DNA from: Dethiobacter sp.
Lineage (GTDB): Bacteria; Bacillota; Dethiobacteria; DTU022; UBA8154
NCBI GenBank assembly: GCA_020725665.1
Contig: DYEO01000002.1
Coordinates: forward strand, 6,451-70,450
Length of the DNA stretch: 64,000 nt
Reading direction: 5' to 3'
The position numbers and the translations under genes are program-made. This document shows, piece after piece, positions 56,201-64,000 of this stretch. Each line of letters opens with the position of its first letter. Positions within the stretch are counted from its first letter, which is position 1. A model generated the notes under the pieces. It was not told where the DNA came from and did not search any database. It worked only from the letters and a program-made list of their open reading frames with translations.

Positions 56201-59200
56201 GTGCCCGGTATCTGTAAATGTACAAAGATAAAGGAAGAGGGTGATATTGTGGTTGACAACCTGAATAAGTTAAAACAGATCCTTAGGGAAATGTTCCAGT
56301 TTGACCAGGCGGATCTGGATTTTGGCATTTATCGAATCATGAACCAAAAACGTGCAGAGGTCGAAAGGTTTCTGGATGATGAACTGCTGCCCCAGGTAAA
56401 AGATGCTTTCAGTGTTTTCTCTTCTGCCGATAAAGCACTGCTTACACAAGAGATGGAAAAATTAAAGAAAACCCTGGAAGATGCCGGTGTAATAGCGGAA
56501 ACGGCACCTAAATACCAGGAAATGCAGGCGCGGATGGAAGCGGCCACCGACATAGAAGCCCTGGAGCAGGATGTCTTTTCTCATCTTGTGACTTTTTTCA
56601 GCCGTTACTACGATAACGGTGATTTTCTGTCCCGTCGCCGCTACAAGGCCGGTGTTTATGCCCTCCCTTACGCGGGAGAGGAAGTAAAACTGCACTGGGC
56701 CAACGCCGATCAGTACTACATTAAAACAACCGAGTTTTTCCGGGATTACACGTTTAGCTTACCCTCGGGGAAAAAAGTTCATTTCAAAATTATCGAAGCA
56801 AGCACGGAACAAAACAACAACAAGGAACAGAACGGCAAAGAAAGACGCTTTTTTCTGGATGGGGAATCACCACTTATGATAGAAGATAATGAGCTGTACA
56901 TTCGCTTCCAGTACAACATCCATGAAGAAAAACAGGATGAATTGAATGCACAAACAATCCAGTATTTACTGGCTAATGCCGCCAGCGAGCAACTGCAAGA
57001 TTATGTAGAGCTTTTCACCCTCTCGCCAACAGAATCCAATCCGAACCGCAGTCTCCTGGAAAAGCACCTGCGCGATTACACCGCCCGCAATACCTTTGAC
57101 TATTTCATTCATAAGGATCTGGGTGGCTTTCTGCGCCGCGAACTGGATTTTTACCTGAAAAACGAGGTTATGCATATTGATGACCTGGACACGGAAAACG
57201 AACTTAAAGTGGAGCAATACATCTCCAAAATCAAAGTGATAAAGCGTATCGCATACAAAATAATCGCCTTCCTGGAACAACTGGAAAACTTTCAAAAAAT
57301 GCTTTGGCTGAAGAAAAAGTTTGTGATAGAGACAAACTACTGCCTTACCCTGGATAAAGTACCGGAAGACCTATATCCCAGGATACTCGCCAATGCAGCG
57401 CAGATCCAGGCATGGAAATACCTCTTTGCCATTGAAGAAATTGATAGGTCCACCGTTAACCCGGGCTACAGTGAACCCTTAACCGTGGAATTCCTCAAGG
57501 CAAACCCTTACCTGGTTTTGGATACCGCTTTCTTTGACGAAGACTTCAAGGAAGCGCTCCTGGCCTCCTTCGAAGACCTGGAAGATTCCATCGACGGTCT
57601 GCTGGTACATAGTGAAAACTTCCAGGCCCTGAACCTGCTGCAGGAAAGATACAGGGAGCAAATTAAGTGTATTTACATCGACCCGCCATACAATTCCGGG
57701 TTCAGTGAAATTTTATATAAAAACACTTTTAAGCATTCTTCCTGGCTGTCTCTTATTGAGAATCGTTTACAGGCTAGCCATATTTTAATTACAGACGAAA
57801 GCATTATAATTATCGCAATAGATGAAAATGAGCAGGAGCGGCTTGGTCTTCTTTTAGATGGTCTTTACTCAAATTTCTTAAAAACCTGTATAACGGTAAT
57901 TCATAACCCTGGAGGAATACAGGGAAACAATTTTAAATATACCCATGAATATGCTTATTTTATTTACCCAAATAAAAGCGGAGTTATTGCTCTTCAGGAT
58001 AGAAGAGACGACACAGATGTGCGGCCGTTAAGAGATGTGTCAAAAGGAGATCATCTTCGTATTTCTGCGGCAAATTGCTTTTATCCAATCTACATCAAAG
58101 ATAATAAAATTGTCGGGTTTGGTGATGTATGTAATGACTCTTTTCATCCACCATCTGCGAACGTTTACCTAAATGACGGTATTATTGAGGTTTACCCTAT
58201 AGACGCTCAAGGAAATGAACGGAAGTGGGTGTTTGCTAGAAATAGTGTGGAAAGTATACAAGATGAATTAGAGGTTTATTTCAATAATAAAAGACAAATA
58301 TATGATATCATTAGAACTAAATCAATGTTTAATTACAAAACTGTTTGGATGGATAAGAAGTACAATGCCAATTCTTATGGGACAAAACTTCTAAACAATA
58401 TAATTGGGCAATCAATATTTGATTTTCCTAAATCTATTTATAACGTAATGGAATGCGTTAGCGCATCAACTAAAAATGCAGATACAGCAATCATTCTCGA
58501 CTTCTTCGCCGGCTCCGGCACCACAGCCCACGCAGTTATCAACCTCAACCGTGAAGATGGGGGGCGGCGAAAATACATCCTGGTGGAAATGGGTGAATAC
58601 TTCGATAGCGTAATGAAGCCACGTATCCAAAAGGTGATCTACTCCCGGGACTGGCGGGAGGGTAAGCCTCTCTCCCGGGAGGGTAGCAGCCATATGTTCA
58701 AGTACCTGCGCCTGGAATCATATGAAGACACCCTTTCCAACCTGGAGGTCATAAGAACAGGCACACAGCAACAAGTTTTGGATGAGCATCCACAATTCCG
58801 GGAGGAGTACATGCTCTCCTACATGCTTGACATTGAAAGCAGGGGCAGCGCTTCCCTGCTAAACCTGGACCAATTTGAGAATCCCTTCAGCTACAAGCTG
58901 CAAATTCATAAAAAAGGGGAAACGCGCCCCGTAGCCGTTGACCTTATTGAAACCTTTAACTACCTTTTGGGGCTTCGCGTACGACAGACGCAAATGATTC
59001 ACGGGTTCAAGGTGGTCCGTGGTGATCTTCCCAACGGTGAAAAGGTTCTTATTATCTGGCGTAACCTCAAGGAAAAATCCAGGGAGGACTTGACCCGCTT
59101 CTTTAATGAAGAGGGTTACAGCACCCCGGGCTCTGAATTTGACCGTATCTACGTAAACGGTGACCATAACCTGCAGAACCTGAAAAAAAGTGAAGACCGC

Positions 59201-59263
59201 TGGAAAGTACTGCTTATCGAACAGGAATTCAAACGCCTCATGTTTGACCTGCGCGACGTATAG
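56201..59263 (+). CDS. mod: Type III restriction-modification Mod-like N6-adenine DNA methyltransferase (beta-class) with a roughly 400-aa N-terminal extension
   Basis: Motif IV DPPYN (IYIDPPYNSGF) precedes motif I FFAGSGTT by about 290 aa (the target-recognition domain), the beta-class order. A GTG at 56249 may be the true start. Confidence 0.7.
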   Translation: MPGICKCTKIKEEGDIVVDNLNKLKQILREMFQFDQADLDFGIYRIMNQKRAEVERFLDDELLPQVKDAFSVFSSADKALLTQEMEKLKKTLEDAGVIAETAPKYQEMQARMEAATDIEALEQDVFSHLVTFFSRYYDNGDFLSRRRYKAGVYALPYAGEEVKLHWANADQYYIKTTEFFRDYTFSLPSGKKVHFKIIEASTEQNNNKEQNGKERRFFLDGESPLMIEDNELYIRFQYNIHEEKQDELNAQTIQYLLANAASEQLQDYVELFTLSPTESNPNRSLLEKHLRDYTARNTFDYFIHKDLGGFLRRELDFYLKNEVMHIDDLDTENELKVEQYISKIKVIKRIAYKIIAFLEQLENFQKMLWLKKKFVIETNYCLTLDKVPEDLYPRILANAAQIQAWKYLFAIEEIDRSTVNPGYSEPLTVEFLKANPYLVLDTAFFDEDFKEALLASFEDLEDSIDGLLVHSENFQALNLLQERYREQIKCIYIDPPYNSGFSEILYKNTFKHSSWLSLIENRLQASHILITDESIIIIAIDENEQERLGLLLDGLYSNFLKTCITVIHNPGGIQGNNFKYTHEYAYFIYPNKSGVIALQDRRDDTDVRPLRDVSKGDHLRISAANCFYPIYIKDNKIVGFGDVCNDSFHPPSANVYLNDGIIEVYPIDAQGNERKWVFARNSVESIQDELEVYFNNKRQIYDIIRTKSMFNYKTVWMDKKYNANSYGTKLLNNIIGQSIFDFPKSIYNVMECVSASTKNADTAIILDFFAGSGTTAHAVINLNREDGGRRKYILVEMGEYFDSVMKPRIQKVIYSRDWREGKPLSREGSSHMFKYLRLESYEDTLSNLEVIRTGTQQQVLDEHPQFREEYMLSYMLDIESRGSASLLNLDQFENPFSYKLQIHKKGETRPVAVDLIETFNYLLGLRVRQTQMIHGFKVVRGDLPNGEKVLIIWRNLKEKSREDLTRFFNEEGYSTPGSEFDRIYVNGDHNLQNLKKSEDRWKVLLIEQEFKRLMFDLRDV

Positions 59264-59275
59264 GAGGTGGAGAGC

Positions 59276-62200
59276 TTGCCTACTGCCAGGAGTCAAACAA
59301 GACAGCGCGCCGCGGGTCCAGCCCTCCGTTTCGACCAGCGCCTGGTGCTGAACCAATACATGCTCTTACGCATTTTTGGAGCGGGTACATTCGAGGAACT
59401 GGCTGCAGAGATGAAAGATCCGGCCTTCGAGGGTTGGGACGAAAACAATATCTCCTGGTTCTGTCACTCCCTGTTAAACGGGCGCTATCTGGAGAGATCG
59501 GAACTGGACGAGGATACCCTTTTACAGTATGACCGCAACATAGCGCGGCATACCCGGGTGATCCAGGGGCGCCGCCCGGAAAAGATACACTGGAAATACT
59601 TTCAGTATTTTGCCCTCTTGTTCACGGAGATTTACCTGGATCGTTACTTCCGGGACCCAGATGGCCTTTTGGAAGGCCTGAATAATCACGTGGAGCTGTT
59701 CAACCGGGATAAGGATGACGCAGATCGGGTTAACCTGTACAGGCGGGAAGACCTGTCCAAGCTGGCCTATTGGAAAGCTACCGGCTCCGGCAAGACCCTG
59801 ATCATGCACGTAAACATTCTACAATACCTGGATTACCTGGCACTCCACCAGCGTAACGAAGAACTGAACCGCATTATTCTCCTCACACCCAACGAGGGGC
59901 TTTCCCGCCAGCACCTGGAGGAATTCCACCTTTCGGGGCTGGAGGCCAGGTATTTTGACAAGGACGGCACCATACCCCTGGAAAAGCTGTGGGGAAGGGT
60001 CAAGCAGGGGACGGTGGAAATCATTGATATCCATAAGCTGAAGGAGGAAGCCGGACAGAAAACCGTGGCCATAGAGGCCTTTGAAGGAAACAACCTGGTC
60101 CTGGTGGATGAAGGACACCGGGGCTCCAGCGGTATTGACTGGAAATCGCGCCGTGACCGCCTCTGTCAAAATGGTTTTTCCTTTGAATACTCGGCGACCT
60201 TTGGCCAGGCCATGAAAGCCTCTGGGAAAAAGGAACTAATCCAGGAGTATGCCCGCTGTATCCTTATCGATTACTCTTATAAGTTTTTTTACCGGGACGG
60301 TTTCGGCAAGAACTACCATATTTTAAACCTTCCCGACGACAGTGACGCTGATAAGAAGAATCTTTATCTGACAGCCTGCCTGCTCTCTTTTTACCAGCAA
60401 CAAAAGATATTCCTGGAGCAGCAGCGAGCCCTTGTACCCTTCAACCTGGAAAAACCTCTATGGGTATTTGTGGGCAGTAAGGTAACTGCCGTGCGCACGG
60501 AAAACAGACGCAAGGTTTCCGATGTGGTGGATATTCTGCTTTTTCTCTCCGATTTTGTCCGGGATGACGGTAGGAGCATTGCCGCTCTTGACCTGCTGCT
60601 CAGCGGCCGGCCGGGTTTGCTGAACAGAAAGAACGAGGAACTGTTTGCCAACCAGTTTACCTACCTGCACAGAATAAGATTGAGGGGACGGGAGCTTTTC
60701 CAGGATATCCTGGCCACCCTTTTCAATAACAATGTTGCCGGCGCCCTTCTGCACGTAGAGAATCTCAAGGGGAGCGAAGGCGAGATCGGTTTGCGGGTTG
60801 GTGACAATGACTATTTTGGCGTCATCAATGTGGGTGACGAGCGCAACTTACTCAAACTCTGTGAAGAAAATGGACTTTACGTCTCGGAAAAGGACTTTTC
60901 CCACTCCCTGTTCGCCCTGCTGGGGGACCGCCAGTCTCCCATAAATGTGCTTATCGGCTCCAAGAAGTTCAGTGAGGGCTGGAACAGTTGGAGAGTTAGC
61001 ACCATGGGGTTGATGAATATAGGCCGCAAGGAAGGTTCGGAGATTATCCAGCTTTTTGGCCGGGGTGTGCGCCTCAAGGGCTACAACCTGAGCCTGAAGC
61101 GCAGCAGCGCGTTAAAAGACATCGAAGACCGGGTGCCGGGGGAACTGCCGTTGCTGGAAACTCTCAATGTCTTCGGTGTGCGTGCAGATTATATGGCCCA
61201 GTTTCAGGAGTACCTGGCAGAAGAAGGCCTGCCTGCCGACCAGGGGACAACAGAAATGATCCTGCCGGTACTGAAAAACCTGGGGAAAAAAAAATTGAAG
61301 GTAATCAAGCTCCAGGAGGGGGTTAATTTCAAAAAGAACGGGCCCAGGCCCACGCTGAGCACACCGGACAGCTATCTGCAGAAAAATCCCGTTGTGGTGA
61401 ATTGGTACCCCCGTATTGAGTCCATACGCAGCGGGGCCACCGGTGGGTCACCCTTCCAGGAACTGCAGGAAGGAAAGTTGGGGGCCGGACATATTGCCTT
61501 TTTGGATCTGGATGCCCTCTATTTTGAACTGCAGCAGTTAAAACTGGAGCAGGGTTGGCATAACCTCAACCTGGAGCGTGAGACAATTTACCGTTTATTA
61601 CGCGATTCAAGCTGGTACCGCCTTTATATTCCTCCCCACGAGCTGGAGTTCGGCAGTTTTGATAGAGTGAGAAGGTGGCAGGAGATAGCGGGCGTTCTTT
61701 TAAAGAAATACTGCCGGCGCTTCTACCTTGCACAGAAAGCTGCTTACGAGGCGGACAAGTTGGAATACACTACCGTTGAAGAATACGAGCAAAAACTGAC
61801 CTCCGCCGGCAAGGAAGGCAATATTCCTCCTGCATACCACTTTTATGTGCCGGAGACGGAGACGGCATTTATTGAACAGCTTATGCAGTTAAAGGAGGCT
61901 ATTGAGAAGGGTGATTTAAGGGATATCAATTTTTCTAGCATGATGGACGTAATTTTTATGGAGCAGCATCTCTATCAACCCCTGCTCGCGTTGAACCATT
62001 CCGAAATCAAAGTAACCCCGGTCCAGCTGAACAGGGGGGAAAAGGACTTCGTGCTGGATTTAAGAAAATACGTGGAGCGCCATGCGGATCGTTTTACCGG
62101 GAAAGAGCTTTACCTGCTGCGCAACCAGAGCCGGGGGAGGGGTATCGGCTTTTTCGAACTGGGCAACTTTTATCCCGATTTTATCCTCTGGCTGGTGGAT

Positions 62201-62476
62201 AACAGCAAGCAGTACATCAACTTCATCGACCCCAAGGGACTGCGCAACCTGAATGCCATGGATGACCCCAAAATCAACTTTTACAAAAGTATCAAGGATA
62301 TAGACAGCCTCAAAGACCCTGACGTAATCCTTAACTCCTTTATTATCTCCATTACCCCTTTCCACCGCGTCAACTGGCGGGGATCTATTACCAAGGACGA
62401 CTTCGAAGCATGCAACGTCTTTTTCCAGGAAGACAGGGATGAGTATATCGGGAAGATGTTTGGGAGGATTAAGTGA
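59276..62476 (+). CDS. res: Type III restriction enzyme Res-like subunit (SF2 helicase plus C-terminal PD-(D/E)xK nuclease)
   Basis: Walker A TGSGKT, DEGH box (LVLVDEGHRG), C-terminal YPDF...FIDPK nuclease motif. TTG start 13 nt after the mod stop, with an AGGAGG RBS. Confidence 0.7.
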   Translation: MPTARSQTRQRAAGPALRFDQRLVLNQYMLLRIFGAGTFEELAAEMKDPAFEGWDENNISWFCHSLLNGRYLERSELDEDTLLQYDRNIARHTRVIQGRRPEKIHWKYFQYFALLFTEIYLDRYFRDPDGLLEGLNNHVELFNRDKDDADRVNLYRREDLSKLAYWKATGSGKTLIMHVNILQYLDYLALHQRNEELNRIILLTPNEGLSRQHLEEFHLSGLEARYFDKDGTIPLEKLWGRVKQGTVEIIDIHKLKEEAGQKTVAIEAFEGNNLVLVDEGHRGSSGIDWKSRRDRLCQNGFSFEYSATFGQAMKASGKKELIQEYARCILIDYSYKFFYRDGFGKNYHILNLPDDSDADKKNLYLTACLLSFYQQQKIFLEQQRALVPFNLEKPLWVFVGSKVTAVRTENRRKVSDVVDILLFLSDFVRDDGRSIAALDLLLSGRPGLLNRKNEELFANQFTYLHRIRLRGRELFQDILATLFNNNVAGALLHVENLKGSEGEIGLRVGDNDYFGVINVGDERNLLKLCEENGLYVSEKDFSHSLFALLGDRQSPINVLIGSKKFSEGWNSWRVSTMGLMNIGRKEGSEIIQLFGRGVRLKGYNLSLKRSSALKDIEDRVPGELPLLETLNVFGVRADYMAQFQEYLAEEGLPADQGTTEMILPVLKNLGKKKLKVIKLQEGVNFKKNGPRPTLSTPDSYLQKNPVVVNWYPRIESIRSGATGGSPFQELQEGKLGAGHIAFLDLDALYFELQQLKLEQGWHNLNLERETIYRLLRDSSWYRLYIPPHELEFGSFDRVRRWQEIAGVLLKKYCRRFYLAQKAAYEADKLEYTTVEEYEQKLTSAGKEGNIPPAYHFYVPETETAFIEQLMQLKEAIEKGDLRDINFSSMMDVIFMEQHLYQPLLALNHSEIKVTPVQLNRGEKDFVLDLRKYVERHADRFTGKELYLLRNQSRGRGIGFFELGNFYPDFILWLVDNSKQYINFIDPKGLRNLNAMDDPKINFYKSIKDIDSLKDPDVILNSFIISITPFHRVNWRGSITKDDFEACNVFFQEDRDEYIGKMFGRIK

Positions 62477-62494
62477 AGGCGGTATAACTGAGGT

Positions 62495-63130
62495 ATGTTT
62501 ATTTATTACCTTATAGGCATTTTTACTATTATTATGTGGTTTTTATTGAAGTGGTTATGTTTTTTTAAATTTGAACCGGTAAGTGCCATACTATCTGCTG
62601 TTGCTGCCATAGGGGCTCTTGGCGCTGCTATAGCAGCTGCCGTGTCTGCTTATTATTCAAATAAGTCTTACGAAGCAGACCTAAAGCCAATCCTATCAAT
62701 TTCGTGTTTTAAACCATTAAAAAAAGAGAATAACCTGTTCCCAATACTTATATTTTTTAGAAATACGAGCAAAGGTGTTGCTCTCCTAAAAGCAGTTGAT
62801 GTTGTGCCAGATCCGGATAATATATATAGGGCAAATGTCGGAATCCCGCTTGCAATTGGCTCATCAAATGCAACAGAAATCAGAATATGGCTCAAGAAAG
62901 AAAACATTCCCGTCGAAATTAAATTTGCTATCTATTATTGGGATAGTACAAAAAAATGTCATGTAACGGCTGCCCACGTAAAAATAAAATATCCAGATAA
63001 TCACAGCCTTAAAGTAATAGAGGAATATATTACACAAATAAAGCACAACATGCCACGCGAAGTATTACACTGGCCTCCAACGAGCAATAAAACATACAAT
63101 ATTAAAAATCCAATGGTTTTTTTAAAATAA
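62495..63130 (+). CDS. Hypothetical membrane protein encoded in an AT-rich insert
   Basis: 211-aa ORF with 2 N-terminal TM helices; local GC is far below the window average; no recognisable motif. Confidence 0.4.
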   Translation: MFIYYLIGIFTIIMWFLLKWLCFFKFEPVSAILSAVAAIGALGAAIAAAVSAYYSNKSYEADLKPILSISCFKPLKKENNLFPILIFFRNTSKGVALLKAVDVVPDPDNIYRANVGIPLAIGSSNATEIRIWLKKENIPVEIKFAIYYWDSTKKCHVTAAHVKIKYPDNHSLKVIEEYITQIKHNMPREVLHWPPTSNKTYNIKNPMVFLK

Positions 63131-63970
63131 GGTAAATGATATTTTTATATTCGCTAAGCGAACCACCTGCCTGTACTGCTCATCGATGCGGTCCGTGCAG
63201 CCGTCCCGCTCCTGCCTGACAGCCAGGTCATAGCGGTTGGCTACAGCCTCACAATCGCCAGGGTAACCCCGCAGCACAGCAGCCGCTGCTGCCCGGTTGT
63301 CGTTGATGCGGCGGGCCGTCTGCACGTCCTGCCAGAGGGCGCCGATGTTCACCTCCCGCCACTGTTCGCCGTCGTAGTTGTCCGGTAGCTGCTTGAAAAG
63401 GGCGCTGATTTCGGCGCTGCACTGTTTGACTTCGTTGTTGGCGATGGTGCGCTTATCATAGAAATATTTCTCCGCCAGCCAGGCTAGGGCGGGGATAGCA
63501 TGCTGGTCCAGGTTGACGGGGGGGACTTCGCCGAACCACTCCTGCAGCTGGGCCGTGCTGAGGCGCATGGGAAGCAGGGAGAGGAGAATCTCCGTCTGCT
63601 CCTTGTCCTTGCAGTTCATGAAGTCCACGGGGTTGAAGCTGAAGGCGCCGGTGATGGCCCTGAGGGCCGATTCCGGTTTGGGGATTTTGGCCCCGTCCCG
63701 GGTGAGGCTGACGCCGCTCCGACCGTCGGCCTTAATGCAACGCTCGATGGCCAGGCCGTTGTCCAGCTCCACGTAGAGGGTACATTCCTCGGCGCCGTCG
63801 CGCACAAATTTGACGCGCCGCTCCGTGTTGCGCAGCGCCTTCTCGTTCACCTCCAGGATGGAGGTCTTGCCGCTCTCATTGGCTCCTTTAATCAAGTTGA
63901 CCTGCCCGGCCTGCAGCTCCAGCTCCTTGATGCCCAGGCAGTTTTTTATCTCCAAACGTTTAATTTGCAT
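63122..63970 (-). CDS. P-loop ATPase, SMC/RecF/SbcC-like N-terminal head domain (probably a truncated gene)
   Basis: MQIKRLEIKNCLGIKELELQAGQVNLIKGANESGKTSILE (Walker A). Only 282 aa, with no Walker B, signature motif or coiled coil; the ORF ends at the AT-rich insert boundary. Confidence 0.5.
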   Translation of the reverse strand: MQIKRLEIKNCLGIKELELQAGQVNLIKGANESGKTSILEVNEKALRNTERRVKFVRDGAEECTLYVELDNGLAIERCIKADGRSGVSLTRDGAKIPKPESALRAITGAFSFNPVDFMNCKDKEQTEILLSLLPMRLSTAQLQEWFGEVPPVNLDQHAIPALAWLAEKYFYDKRTIANNEVKQCSAEISALFKQLPDNYDGEQWREVNIGALWQDVQTARRINDNRAAAAAVLRGYPGDCEAVANRYDLAVRQERDGCTDRIDEQYRQVVRLANIKISFTLF

Positions 63971-64000
63971 GTCTTAACCCCCCCTTCTCCACCTCTTTAA

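Noticed and set aside
1-64000. CRISPR arrays or cas genes
   Set aside because: No regularly spaced 25-40-bp direct repeats were found. The only tandem repeats are the short ones listed, with 2 to 5 copies and no spacers.

Overview
This 64-kb window looks like chromosome from a spore-forming Firmicute of class Clostridia, with about 50% GC and a sporulation gene order that resembles Peptococcaceae or Desulfotomaculum-like genomes. It has four blocks. (1) 1-17.6 kb is a conserved sporulation and division neighbourhood, mostly on the minus strand: spoIIE, ppx/gppA, yabR, divIC, yabQ, yabP, spoIID, then hup, yabN (mazG), yabM (spoVB-like), spoVT and a prsA-like gene. Accessory genes interrupt it: comA (phosphosulfolactate synthase), a DUF441 membrane protein, a decayed acyl-CoA ligase, an MFS transporter and a YeiH-like putative sulfate exporter. 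(2) 17.6-21.8 kb holds a GlcD-like FAD oxidase, an IS200/RAYT-type transposase unit flanked by 21-bp hairpin repeats, a metallophosphoesterase and an orphan radical-SAM/SPASM gene. (3) About 19 kb between tRNA-Leu(UAG) and tRNA-Gln/tRNA-His is an accessory island. It carries a bacterial microcompartment (BMC) locus with BMC-H, BMC-T and BMC-P shell genes. The encapsulated enzymes appear to be a cyclic amidohydrolase of the hydantoinase/dihydropyrimidinase family and a class-V PLP enzyme, which share a roughly 40-aa N-terminal module followed by a low-complexity linker. The island also has a Crp/Fnr regulator and three near-identical TGT-N10-ACA sites centred about 41.5 bp upstream of inferred island promoters. 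One of those promoters appears to have been separated from its transporter operon by an IS5/IS1182 insertion. Other island genes are two Asp/Glu/hydantoin-racemase paralogs, an ATC-hydrolase-like protein, a second class-V PLP enzyme, a tungsten aldehyde:ferredoxin oxidoreductase with a polyferredoxin, and two SSS transporters with small subunits. This BMC is the strongest candidate here for a little-characterised system. (4) 41.4-54.5 kb is a cell-envelope block: a CAP-domain protein, a divergent Mur-ligase paralog, a transglutaminase-like protein, a MacB/FtsX ABC exporter with HlyD, a CwlC-type amidase and a DUF3048 lipoprotein. From 54.7 kb to the window end is a defence island: HicAB, a decayed HTH gene, a Type III R-M system with an unusually long Mod, an AT-rich insert and a truncated SMC-like ATPase. 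Hand-indexed motif coordinates may be off by 1-2 nt; CDS coordinates come from the ORF track with start codons adjusted by codon arithmetic.
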